A stretch of DNA of 63,675 nt, counting the filler, from Octopus bimaculoides (taxonomy: Eukaryota), in the NCBI RefSeq assembly GCF_001194135.2. It is 5 parts of 5 records of this genome, joined end to end, with 100 filler letters (N's around TTAATTAATTAA, not from the genome) between each part and the next. Parts side by side here need not be neighbours in the genome. Positions count along the whole stretch, not along the records: positions 1 to 31,741 come from NC_068988.1; 4 more parts are not named here. One strand, written 5' to 3'. Under the pieces are notes generated by a model. It was given only the letters and a program-made list of their open reading frames with translations, searched no databases and was not told the origin of the DNA. The position numbers were made by a program, and so were the translations under genes. Shown here piece after piece: positions 1-11,991 of the stretch. How positions within the stretch are numbered: the stretch's first letter is position 1; each line of letters begins with the position of its first letter.

Positions 1-103
1 AAGTATATTTTAAAAATTGGTAATAAAATCCGTATTCCTTTTACAAATTTATTGAAACAAATGATACATGTTCTTCATTAAATGGGAAAATGAAAGTAAA
101 TCT

Positions 104-335
104 TCATATTTCAATGTAAGCACCGGTGGCGTCATCCACTTTCCTCAAACGGCCAGGGATGAATGAACAACCTTCTGAAGGATGTCATCTGGGATATCAT
201 TGAGAATCTCCTGAATCCGTGTCTCCAAGTCTTCCAGTATGTGAAGTTTTGTCTTGTACACCTCATTTGTGTAATCTCACAGGTAAAAATCACATGGAGT
301 GAGATTTAGACTTCTTGGAGACCATTCCACATTCC
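104..335 (-). mobile_element. Tc1/mariner transposase C-terminal remnant (pseudogene)
   Basis: Minus-strand translation VEWSPRSLNLTPCDFYL*DY..EVYKTKLHILEDLETRIQEILNDIPDDILQKVVHS/..GRLRKVDDATGAYIEI* matches the WPPRSPDLTPCDFYLWG motif and helical tail of Tc1/mariner transposases. One stop and one frameshift are present. Confidence 0.8.
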
Positions 336-1746
336 AGAAGAAAGAGAAGTCAGTCTATTCAAAAATAGAATTGGTAATTTCCATTATCCCTTGCCATGGA
401 TTATCATGAAATATTCACCCATGGAACTGCTAGTGGCCCTTATATATAACTTTATTGTTTATTCGATCATGGAACTACCTAACACATATACTTTTCACTC
501 TGGTCCTTCTTTCATTTTTCAACAAATCCTCGATTTTGGATATTATCCATTTTATATTTTCTGCTCAAGTACTATGTGATTGAACCCAAGGCCATAATTG
601 CAGAGCAAAATTCTTAACTACACATCCATGATAGCACCCACTTCTAGTGGTGTGTACTGTCGAGTCTAATACCGTGACACGGCATTAATTCCTAATTGGC
701 GTCCTTTCGATGCGACGATGTCAATAATGCTAATGCTAAAACACCCATTCTCTCTCTGTTTCTCTCTTTCTCTCCCCTCTCTCTTTCTCTCTGTCTCTCT
801 CTTTCTCTCCCCTCTCTCTGTCTCTTTCTCCTCCTCTCTCTCTCCCTCTCTCTAAATGTGAAGGCGTTTGAACTTTAAATGAAGTCTGTACTTATTTCTT
901 CGGGAACACAATTCTTCACCTAGTTACAGAGAAGACTGAAGAGATTGGGTGACATTCATACCTTTTTCAAGTAGATTAGTGGCGTAAATGAAGTTAGAGA
1001 ACTACAAGCATATGTTGAAACTGATTGGTGTACTTAGCTTGTCGAGAAACTTCACTGGATAATGTCATTCTATTTATTTTGGAAAGGGGGAAAATAAAGT
1101 ATATTGTTCCCGGGGACATGATCTTGTATCGTTCAGACCATTGCAAGGACTTGAATGATATCTTTTAAATCTCGGATAGCAATTGATAGCTGAAGCTTTC
1201 CTCTAGTTGCATTGTTTGAAACGAAATATAGATCTATCACAGGTAATATTTAAAATGAGATATAGGTTTATCTCAAGTTATATTTTCGATCGATAAAACA
1301 AGACATTTCTAATACCCTCAAAACAAAAGCATACTTTTTTTGTTGAATTGGTGTGAAGTTCGATGCAATGATTTTCAGTAGCAATAAAATATTTTGTAGA
1401 ATATCATTGGCACTATGTGCTAAAAAGAGAGAATAAAAATAATTGCTTTATTCTGTTAGGAGAGGATATGATTTCTGAAACAAGGGAGATCACATTCGCT
1501 ATCTTGATCTCAATCGTTTCTCTTTTTTCTATTCTGCTGACATAGTTACTGACACAAGAAAAAGTTTGGTGCCAAGATATGAACCATTGACTACTATCTA
1601 AGATAATGCCGACTTTCCCGTTCATCACGACTCCTTTGAAGGTTTATTTAATTTCTTACGATAATTGTAACATGTAAACTTTTCCTTATATTTTATTATA
1701 TTTTAATTTTGTAGATATTAATGTGATACTTACTTAGTTTCTTTAT

Positions 1747-2075
1747 GTAGGCGTAGCTGCGTGATAAAAAGCTTGCTTCCAAACCACATGGTTCCGAGTT
1801 CAGTTCCCTTATGAGTAGATTCAGTGAACGGAAACTGAAAGAAGCCCATCGTATATAAATGTGTGTGTGTGAGTTTGTCCCCCCACCACCATTGCTTGAA
1901 AACCGGTGTTTGTGTATTTACGTCCCCGCAACCTACCGGTTCGACAAAGAGACCGATAGAATAAATACTAGGCTTACAAAGAATAAGTCCTGGGGTTGAA
2001 TTGTTCGACAAAAACACTTCAAGGGGGTGCTCCACATTGGCCGTAGTCAAACGACTGAAACAAATAAAAGAATAA
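1747..2075 (+). mobile_element. SINE family B, part of the body deleted
   Basis: tRNA-like head (aagcttgcttccaaaccacatggttccgagttcag), gaaactgaaagaagccc, internal (TG)n, and a 3' tail gaccgatagaata..ctgggg..gtgctcca..gactgaaacaa. Matches the copy at 47858-48259. Confidence 0.8.
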
Positions 2076-3190
2076 TTATTTCATTTATCCATAAGTTTTT
2101 ATTTGTTTAATATTTACTTCTCCCATTGACACAAAGCTACAGTCAAGTGGCTTCCAGTCATTTCAATCGATCTCTGTACCTGATACTTATTTCAACAACC
2201 CAAGAAAGACGGACGACAGAAACACCCAAGCGAGATTTAGACCAATCGAAACTAAATCATGCAGGAAGAATGAAAATATTCAGTAAGTCTTCCTAGTCGT
2301 TGAGTCACTGTAATGAAATCATGGGTGAGTCATTCTACGGACCCTTTTCTCTTTAAGAGTCCAAAAATCTCCAAGACACCAGAAGGCACAAAAGCATGCA
2401 ATAACTTAAATGGTTCAAATATAAATTGAACCTGTGCGATATACTCAACTCACATTCTTCATAATAGTTATTGTTGTTAATATTGTTTTATAAATAAGCT
2501 CTGTGTGTGTGTGTGTGTGTGTGTNNNNNNNNNNNNNNNNNNNNNNNNNNNNNNNNNNNNNNNNNNNNNNNNNNNNNNNNNNNNNNNNNNNNNNNNNNNN
2601 NNNNNNNNNNNNNNNNNNNNNNNNNNNNNNNNNNNNNNNNNNNNNNNNNNNNNNNNNNNNNNNNNNTTGCTTGCTTGCTTGCTTGCTTGCTGGTTGCCCG
2701 GCCGGCTGGCTGATTAACTGGCTTGCTGGCTGGCTGGACGGTTGGCTGGATGGTTGGCTGGATGGATGGCTGGCTGGTTGGTTGGTTGGTTGGTTGGTTG
2801 TTGATTAGCCTTAAGTTAACTTCGATCGAAGAGACCAAATGTATTCTAACTGTAACCATCCCAGGTTTGCTTTTTGTTTTGCTTTTTTTCAAATATAGCA
2901 TTCAATTGGTCCTTAATTATTATAAAGACATCGGGGTGTGATGTGAGGGAAATTTGGCTGCTGACCAGTAAAAGTTCCCTCGTTGGTACTTGTGAGCAGT
3001 TCAATTTTCTCAAACGTGAAGTACAACCAAGAAAAACAATAAAAACACTCAAAACAAAATGGAGCACATCGACTGAATGCGCTTATCTAGTTGAGCAACA
3101 AAACAGAAAAACTAAAAAGTGAATATCTTCGTGTTTGTATCTGGTTTGCAAGCTTCTTTATGTGAAATGGTGTGTTGAGACAAATTATGC

Positions 3191-3541
3191 TGTGTCTAGG
3201 GAAAGTCATTACGCTAATATTAATAAGACACGCACTGGTTCACTTCCACTCTTTTATTAATTAGTCAATTGGTTAAATTAATCGATCGTTTGTTGGTTAA
3301 ATAGTCAGTCGTTTGTTTTGCTTTTGCTTTTTGTTGAATCCTTTCGTTGCTACTTGCAGCCTTTTCATTGATTTCTCTCTCAGTTTGTAACGAAAAACTA
3401 AAACAAAACAAACGACTGCCTGTTTAACCAACAATTTAAACAAACGATCGATTCATTTAACCAATTGACTAATAATAAAGGAGTGGAATTGAACCAGTGC
3501 GTGTGTTATTGATATTGGTGTAATGACTCTCCCGAGGCACA
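3191..3541. repeat. Long inverted repeat / foldback element (arms about 3191-3320 and 3404-3541)
   Basis: Left arm tgtgtctagggaaagtcattac...gtcgtttgttttg is the reverse complement of the right arm, with about 12 substitutions and 2 indels. Spacer is about 80 bp. Confidence 0.9.
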
Positions 3542-4043
3542 ATAAAGAATGGTTCTAATTTGCATAAGTTCCCATGGTGGCTAATTGGTTGAAATGGCAA
3601 AAATATTGAATAAAATATCACATGACATTAAGCTTTTATTTTAATTCAAATCATGCCGAAATAGAAGTTGCTTGTCCACCAATAAAATATATAGCAGTAA
3701 TATACTGCGGTCGATTCAGTGCAATTATCCAGGTGATGTGTTGATGAGATTCAGAGAAAGTGTAGACCACAATAATCATTAGCAATGTGTTCAAACGATA
3801 TTAGCTTAAATTAATTATTCAAAATCAGATTCAACACCTAAAGGTTTTCTTTTTAACACAAAATAATGCTGATATGGATGTCTAACACTGTCAAAATGTC
3901 TTAGAGATATAAACAAATGAAGTCAACTGTTTTGATTTGACAAATATGACATCTTTTGGTGGCGGGGAAGGAAACCCACCGTCATCCAACCTTCATTAAT
4001 CCTGGAATTTCTTTCTCAATATATTCTCTAAAACCTCTCTAAC

Positions 4044-4044
<1 letters not shown>

Positions 4045-4117
<73 letters not shown>
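4045..4117. repeat. (TG)n microsatellite
   Basis: Perfect dinucleotide run. Confidence 0.98.
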
Positions 4118-4119
<2 letters not shown>

Positions 4120-4838
4120 TTTTTCACTCTTTTTATCTAATTGTTTTAACTTCCTGCCGACACCTCCAACTATTTCTGTCTCTCTCACATTCTCTCTACA
4201 CACTCTCTCTCCCTCTCTCTCTCTCCCCTCTCTCTCTCCCTCTCTCCCTCCCTCCCCCCTCCTTTCTGGGTTTTATTTATTCAATATTTCTGTCAAATAT
4301 TTGCCATATGCCTCATAAATCTGTTGGGTTTTTTTTTAGTATAAAGTGTTTAAATTTTCCCCTACTAATGAAGGGAACACCTTGTACCTATTCTAATTAG
4401 CAACGAGGAAACCTCTAAATGACTGTTCAACTGTAAGAAACAGTAACTACATTTCCCTCAATTCACACTTTAATGACATTAAAAATTAAGGACCCAATAC
4501 AGATTATGTTTGAACGACAAAGACCTACCAGAAATAATAGTCAGCGCTCCCTTAAATCACACAACTTGAAAGTCTTTGATCATAACTAAGCTTGGTAATG
4601 GTTAATCCGGGTCCAAGCAAATAACAAACAAGAAACTACTCTCCTTACCTTTCCGAAGTATTTCTTGAATAATTTTGATAGTGTCTAATATAAACTATCT
4701 TTCTTTCTATCTATCTATCTATCTATCCATCTATCTATCTATCTCTGTTTATTTTTCTCTCTCTAGCCATCTATCGCTTTCGATATTGTCTTTACTCTTT
4801 CAATCTCCTTCAAGTTTTTAACCCGAATATTACTCCTT

Positions 4839-4875
<37 letters not shown>

Positions 4876-5433
4876 TCTCTTTCCCTCTTTATTTCTTTCT
4901 TTATCTCTCTCCTTTTTGCCAGTCCCGTGGTTTTGTTGCTTTCTATTTTTGTTTTTGTTTTTGTTTTGTCTTTTTTTGTTTTGTTTTTTGGTGGGGGAGG
5001 TTTATCTGTTCATATCTACAATAAGCGAGTTGTAACTCAAACATAAACACGAACCTGGAGGTGCTAATTTCGACCCGTGTCTCCCGACTCGCTGCTACAC
5101 CTAATTTCTTTTTCCTTTTCTTCTTCTTTTCTCTTTTTTTTTTTTGTTTTTTTTCGCTTTAGTTTTTATTTCCATCCCAGAATCACCACCCCATTCGCGG
5201 CTTTTCTATTTTTCTCTTCATCCCTCTTCCTCACACCCACCCCACAGCTTCTACTCCATCTGTTTACCTGAGAATGCAGCAGCCACCCTCCTCTCTTGCA
5301 GACCATCTTATCATTTATTTCTACTCGCCTCTATCCATCACTGCAGCTTCATTTTTCTTCTTTTGCTGACTCCATCACATTCTCATTCTCCTCTCTTCCA
5401 TTCACCCTGCTCTTGCACTCCCTGTGCGTATGC

Positions 5434-5464
<31 letters not shown>

Positions 5465-7308
5465 TGTGTTTGTACGCACATGCTTTCCCCTCCCTCCCTC
5501 TCTCTCTGCTTCTCTGTCTGTGTGTTCTCTCCCCCCTTACGACCATCTTCCGTTTACTTACACGTTGTTGTCAAGCCTGTCACATATATAACACCCATAC
5601 TCCACCTCCACCCTCGCCACCAACACTGCACCAAAGACTACCACCGCTGCCACCACAACCACTAGCACCACGAACCGCCCCCTCCCTCATCAACCCCACC
5701 GCCTTCGCCACCATCAACGTGATCTCCACCACCATCATCATCACAATCTCCACCATAGCTGCCGCCACCAACACCACCACCTTTATCGTTGCTCAACAAT
5801 ATACTCCACCACCACCACTACCGCCCAGTCCAACCTTATATTGCTTGTCCTCATAACTTCCTCAGCTTCGGTAGGGACCACTTCAAACGACCCCTTCATT
5901 CACAAACCATTCATTGAAGTGGTCAGGTAGACAGTTGTTGGCAAGCCTCTCCCACTATTATTGTAAGTCTTTCTACCACCCCCGTGTCAGTCTGTGGGGC
6001 AGTTCTGTTCCACCCAGCATTACCACCACGTCGTTCGGGCTCCGAGCACGAGTGTGTGTGCGCGCGCGCTTGGTGTGTATGTGCGTGCATGTGTGTGTGT
6101 GTGTGTGTGTGCGTGCATGTGTGTGTGCGTTTGCTCGCGCGCGTGTGTGTGTGTGTGCGTGCGTGCGTATGCGTGCGTGCGCGTCGGTCTGTTCGTGTGC
6201 GTTTGTGAATCGGGGAGAAGTGACTAAGTCTGCATGGAGTAATCTTTTCAACCGCCATCTGTCCTTCGCAATCTGTTCCATACAAACTTTCACCGATCAA
6301 CTGGCTACGCACACATGCAGACATACACACACACCCACTAACATACACACACACATACGTGCATATATTTATATAGATATATACATACACATGCACATGT
6401 ACACATATATGTATGTATATATGTATGTATGCATGTATGTGCATGCGAAAATCTCTACAACATGTATTGAGTACGTTTCTTCCTTTCGTTCATCCAAATA
6501 TATGTGTGAACAGAAGGCAATAACACTCACAAGAGTTCAAAAGAGTACATTTCAACTCGTCAAAGAAAAGAATAGCTTATATAAATGTGCTCAACGAAAT
6601 ATTTTAAATAAATATAAATTATCTGGGGCTATGACACTAGTCTAATCGGGACGCACCAATTACTGATACACTATATAGAGAAAATAAGTACGAGTATCTC
6701 AGTTTTTTCTGGACCAATCCCATCTTATGTCTCCTTTACTCACCCTTTCTCACATTGAACTTTATTCATTTCTCATGTTCTGAAAGCTCTGTCGTCATTA
6801 TAGTTCGTAAGTCGGACTCCTATCTTTTTATTTGCCAAGCTATCTCTTTCTTTCCCTCTCTATCTTTCTTGCAAACTGCTCTTATTAGCTTTCACTTGTT
6901 ATTTATCCCTCTCTTTATCTTTCTTCTTGTCCCTCTCTTGTGTTTTCTCTCATCTGACTTATACTAAGACGAAAGTAATATATTTATTCCTCCATTCACG
7001 CTAGCTTCGGGTCGTATATTTTTGCCAAAAGACAATATTCGTACTTGCCATTGCACAGTCTCACATGTATCTGTTTGTCCTTAATTTTCCGTCTCTCTCG
7101 TACATATTCTAGGTTTGTTTGTCTTTCTAGAGTTCACTACCTCAGTGTTGTTTTACCATCACTGGCATATCTAGATGAGTAATTTCATGGGATTAAGCCT
7201 CAAGATTTACGCGCTCTGAAATGTTGGATTCTGGCCCGTTGGCTGTCGAGAATTGTTCCATGTCTAATTGTATTTCCTGTTAATCGTTTCCCAGTTCGTC
7301 CTACTTTA

Positions 7309-7310
<2 letters not shown>

Positions 7311-7366
<56 letters not shown>
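7311..7366. repeat. (CT)n microsatellite running into an assembly gap
   Basis: Perfect dinucleotide run, followed by an N gap and then (AT)n. Confidence 0.95.
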
Positions 7367-7884
7367 NNNNNNNNNNNNNNNNNNNNNNNNNNNNNNNNNN
7401 NNNNNNNNNNNNNNNNNNNNNNNNNNNNNNNNNNNNNNNNNNNNNNNNNNNNNNNNNNNNNNNNNNNNNNNNNNNNNNNNNNNNNNNNNNNNNNNNNNNN
7501 NNNNNNNNNNNNNNNNNNNNNNNNNNNNNNNNNNNNNNNNNNNNNNNNNNNNNNNNNNNNNNNNNNNNNNNNNNNNNNNNNNNNNNNNNNNNNNNNNNNN
7601 NNNNNNNNNNNNNNNNNNNNNNNNNNNNNNNNNNNNNNNNNNNNNNNNNNNNNNNNNNNNNNNNNNNNNNNNNNNNNNNNNNNNNNNNNNNNNNNNNNNN
7701 NNNNNNNNNNNNNNNNNNNNNNNNNNNNNNNNNNNNNNNNNNNNNNNNNNNNNNNNNNNNNNNNNNNNNNNNNNNNNNNNNNNNNNNNNNNNNNNNNNNN
7801 NNNNNNNNNNNNNNNNNNNNNNNNNNNNNNNNNNNNNNNNNNNNNNNNNNNNNNNNNNNNNNNNNNNNNNNNNNNNNNNNNNNN

Positions 7885-7933
<49 letters not shown>

Positions 7934-8225
7934 CATATATATTGTGTTAGAAGAGGCTCAGTAATGTAAACATTATCAGTGGCATACTTTATGTATGTGT
8001 GTTGTTAAATACTTGTAGCAACAGTATTCCGTGTCAAGGAAGTCCCTTTAAGACTGTAATGAGTTTTAAAAAAACACAGTATACTTCAAAATTAAGCGAA
8101 ACGAAATCGTTCTGGACGGAAACGAGAATGACAGACATTGATATTTCACAGTTCATGCTACTGACCAGTATCGTGTACTCGACCCACATCTGAAACGAAA
8201 TCGAAATAACCAACTAGAAGTATAT

Positions 8226-8411
8226 AACTGGAATCAGATCATGGTATTTATAAATCTAAACATAATTGCTGAGTTGCAACAATAGAATAAAAGGAAGTAA
8301 GAAGTAAATAAGTTGTGAAAACCTTCCTTTTTCCTTACTATCTAATCTATTGTAACAATTCAGCAATTATGTTAAAATATATAAATGCCACAATCTAAAC
8401 TGGAACCAGTT
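8226..8411. repeat. Inverted repeat (core arms about 8242-8286 and 8345-8390)
   Basis: tggtatttataaatctaaacataattgctgagttgcaacaatag versus reverse complement of the right arm tggcatttatatattttaacataattgctgaattgttacaatag. Confidence 0.8.
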
Positions 8412-8523
8412 GTTTGCCTGATCATGTTTTCTATCTTGGAACCCTCCGCTTAGCAGGTTAATCCACTAAGCGGGAAGAGCTATTCTAAGAGCGCGTTCTG
8501 CTTCATCTTCGAAACGCCTAGTT

Positions 8524-8705
8524 TAGAATAGAGGCAGCTGATGAAGGAAAAGTTCCATAAGTGGCTCGTCTGTTTTCCTGTGTTCATTCTGTTGTCTGTA
8601 AAAAAGTTCGTTTTTTTTGTGCTTTATGTTCCCGTTCCTTTTTTGACGTCTTGTACCCCGGTCTATATATATATACATGTAGATGTAGGTATGTACATAT
8701 ATGTA
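8524..8705 (+). repeat. Interspersed repeat, copy 1 (possible Penelope-type terminal segment)
   Basis: agaatagaggcagctgatgaaggaaa...tgacgtcttgtaccc...atacatgtagatgtaggtatgta is homologous to 19225-19385. Confidence 0.65.
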
Positions 8706-9206
8706 TGTATACATGCATATGCTTATATATCATTTGTATTATTATATTATCGAACGCCACGCGTCTATTTGCAAGTAAGTTTTAACTTTATATATATATA
8801 TATATATACGTGTATATATATGTGTGTGTGTGTTTGTATGTATGTATGTGTGTGTATAAATATATGCGTGTGTGTGTGTGTGTGAATATATATGTGTATA
8901 CACACACACATAAACACACACTGCATGGCACCTTGGGCAAGTGTCTTGCTTAACCTCGGATTCATGTGGGTCGAAATTTGTGAATAAAATCTGTAACTAC
9001 CGATTTTCCATTATGTCTTGAGATGAAAATTTTGTATGACGAAACTATATAACAGAAACTTTTTTTTTCAGAAAATGTTCACCAGAAACAGGTTGCTCAA
9101 CTGCGTAGTCATTAGACCTGCTTAATTGGTAGCTTAATCTCTTTTCCACGCTTCCTACTATGCAGAGTTGGACTGTTTAACATCAATATTGGTTACTATC
9201 TATGCA

Positions 9207-9399
9207 TTATAGATTTCTTTTTTCATTACTCATGCTTCAATTTCAACGTTTTTACAGTGTTTAAAACATTATATAGAATATTGCTGCTATAATACATTAT
9301 AACCAACATATTCTATATAATATTTTAACCACTACAAAACATTGAAATTGAAGCATGAACTTTAGAATATAAGTGATGAAAATAGGAAGCTATATAAAC
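9207..9399. repeat. Inverted repeat (core arms about 9231-9281 and 9306-9357)
   Basis: catgcttcaatttcaacgtttttacagtgtttaaaacattatatagaata versus reverse complement catgcttcaatttcaatgttttgtagtggttaaaatattatatagaata. Weaker outer extension. Confidence 0.85.
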
Positions 9400-9509
9400 T
9401 GTTTTAAATGTAATGTGAGTAATGTTAGAAGGTAAAAACTATTTACATTGAGAATGTACAGCAGCGGTTCCGCTGCCATACTGTTGATATAATATCTTAA
9501 ATATTGATT

Positions 9510-9722
9510 TCAAATTTTGACTCAAGGCTAGCAATTTCAGAGCAGGAGACAAGCAGATTACATCGATCCCAGTGTTCAACAAATACTTATTTTATCAACG
9601 CCGAAATTATGAAAAGCAAAATTTACCTCGGCGGAATTTGATCTCAGAACGTAAAGACGGACCAAATAACGCTAAGCATTTTGCCCGGTGTACTAACGAT
9701 TCTGTCAGCTCGCACCTTAAAC
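9510..9722 (-). mobile_element. SINE family A (tail type 2) with 19-bp target-site duplication
   Basis: Head gagctgacagaatcgttag, B-box-like gagatcaaattcc, tail caaaatttgaaa. aatatcttaaatattgatt is repeated at 9491-9509 and 9723-9741. Confidence 0.85.
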
Positions 9723-10354
9723 AATATCTTAAATATTGATTGAATATCATAATATTGATAAATTGACAAGCTTAACATAATTTCATATTTTTCTTTCTTA
9801 CTAGTAATGAGTATCTACTATTTTGTCTATAACTCGTGTTTATATGAAAAATTTCAAACTGAGTTAGTTCTTTAACAATTAGATGAAAGTCAATGCAAGA
9901 TGAATGGTGCATAACCAGAATGGAGCCACTGAACCAAATTATTTAAACAATAAACTAAGAGCCAAATGACAACTTCTGTGAGGTCGTTTAAACTGCTAGA
10001 AACAGCTGCCAAACTCCTGCAAATTACACATATTACCATCTTACGATTATAAAGCATATGGATAATGTAGTCATTGATATATAAAAAGACGGTGTAGTCA
10101 TAGTTGGAAAGTCTTTGTTCATAGCTAAAGAGCAACAATAGCTAAGAAAGAAAATATCTCCACTTGATTTCTAATATGCTTATCTCTTGCACAATTAAGC
10201 CCTTTATATATTAATAATGGATACTTTCGAAATAGTAACTTCCAGTTGACATAGGGTAGTGCTTTAACTTAGTCGCTATCAGGCAATTAAACAGATATGT
10301 ATGTCTTTGGAATAAACTGAACTATGTTGAAAATATCTCAAGAGGAATCTGTAG

Positions 10355-10723
10355 TATATCAAAAATCCCATTGCACGCCCTACAAAAAGTCAAGCATATC
10401 TTCCTGTTCAAGTTTATAAGATAGATTTTGGAAGGGCTCTCATTTCCAAATTGTTTGGACGTGCAAATTAAAGAGAACTTCATGCGTTCCATTACACTTG
10501 TGTCCTCGCAAAGAACTCTTAGGGAAATGAGTTTTCCACCTCGAATGTTGCTCAGCTTCTGTGATTTAGTCGAATAAGAAAGAGCAGTACCAATAACATT
10601 TATGACTATTTTCAGGGTCTCTGGAACTAGTACGAGGAATGGAGAAAGTTTCTCTCGGGTTGGAATGTTGTCTTTTATGCTTGCAATAGAGCAAACTTCG
10701 CTAAAGTTAATACATTGCAGTAA
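10355..10723 (+). pseudogene. Possible decayed Mutator-like (MULE) transposase fragment
   Basis: Plus frame with several stops: KIDFGRALISKLFGRAN*RELHAFHY ... IYDYFQGLWN*YEEWRKFLSGW..NTLQ. This loosely resembles the MULE D-F-E-x-A...C-x-F-H and Y-F-x3-W motifs. Weak similarity, judged by eye. Confidence 0.3.
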
Positions 10724-11610
10724 ATGATACCGTAACTACGTCATATGGACCGAAACAAATTGCAACAGGTTACGGAAAGTTAAAAATCATTGACTACCGA
10801 CTGCAGTCAGCATCACTTCAGACAATAGTCATCTCAGCTTCAAACTTCACCCCTTGCAGCCATATATATATATAAGTAACGCTAAAGGTACAGTCGGACT
10901 TATGACTATATTTGGAAACAGTCTTCACTTTTCATAACTTTACTACACAAATGAACATGTCACTCTATATTTAGGGGATTATGCCTTTGTTTGGATATCA
11001 ACTTATATTTCAATGTAATCTATTGTATTATTTTTTCATTTACTATTGTATTATACGTCTATTATGTATAAATGTTCCGTGTACTTTTTGTTCTTTTATA
11101 ATGCATAATGAAAATGAAATAGAACAGACTTGAAAAGAATATCTAAATGCTTTAGAGAATTGCCTTTCCTCAATAACATTCACTTATTTTTCCTTTTCAT
11201 TATCAGAACCAAAACGAAAACGTTCTTCAATGAAAAATGGAAAAAATGTTTTTCGATTTAGCGAAAGAACCTCTGTGTGATCTCGTTACTCACACGAAAT
11301 ATCATCAATATCTTCCTATGTAATACCTCGCTGTTTAAAAAGGGGAACATGTTCGGTCATCGGTCTACTCGATTAGTTCTGATCTGAGCCCAAATAACAA
11401 GAGCAAACATGCTTTACTTAAATTTCAGAATTAGTTGGAAATGTTTATAAGGATAGTGTGACTATTCTGACGGTAGACAGTCTAACAATCTCCTACACCT
11501 TAACTAGTCNNNNNNNNNNNNNNNNNNNNNNNNNNNNNNNNNNGGGTGGGCGGGTAGACTCTGTTCCTTAAAATAAGTAACTTTTGTTTTCATTATTAAG
11601 GTAACTCAAA

Positions 11611-11890
11611 GCATGAGCAGGCAGAATCGGTAAAACGTCGGAAAAAATGCTTAGCGGCATTTCAACCGTCTTGACGTCCTGAGTTCAAATTCCGCCATGG
11701 CCGACCTTGCCTTTCATCCTTTCACGGTCGATATAAGTACCAGTTGCATACTGGGATCGATCAAATCGACTGGCCCCCTCCCAAAAAATTTCGGGCCTTG
11801 TGCCTTTAGTAGAAAAGGATATAATAAGTAGATGTAATCGACTTTTCCTTCGAAATTGCTGGTCTTGAGCCAAAATTTGAAATCAATGTT
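11611..11890 (+). mobile_element. SINE family A carrying tail type 1 followed by tail type 2
   Basis: gcagaatcg...gagttcaaattcc...gcctttcatccttt...ccttgtgcctttagtagaaaagg, then gatgtaatcgac...tgctggtcttgagccaaaatttgaaatc. Confidence 0.8.
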
Positions 11891-11991
11891 AAGGCTACTA
11901 ATAATAAATGCTGCTTAGTTTTATAATTAGGAACTGAGCAGAGGTGCAAGTTTGCAGACTCTTTGATCGTAAGTTCGTTCTCTGGATTATA

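Noticed and set aside
5144-6645. ORFs of 173-243 aa with Pro/Thr- and Cys/Val-rich stretches
   Set aside because: They are built from (CCA)n, (TG)n and (CA)n tracts. No recognisable motif or convincing splice structure.
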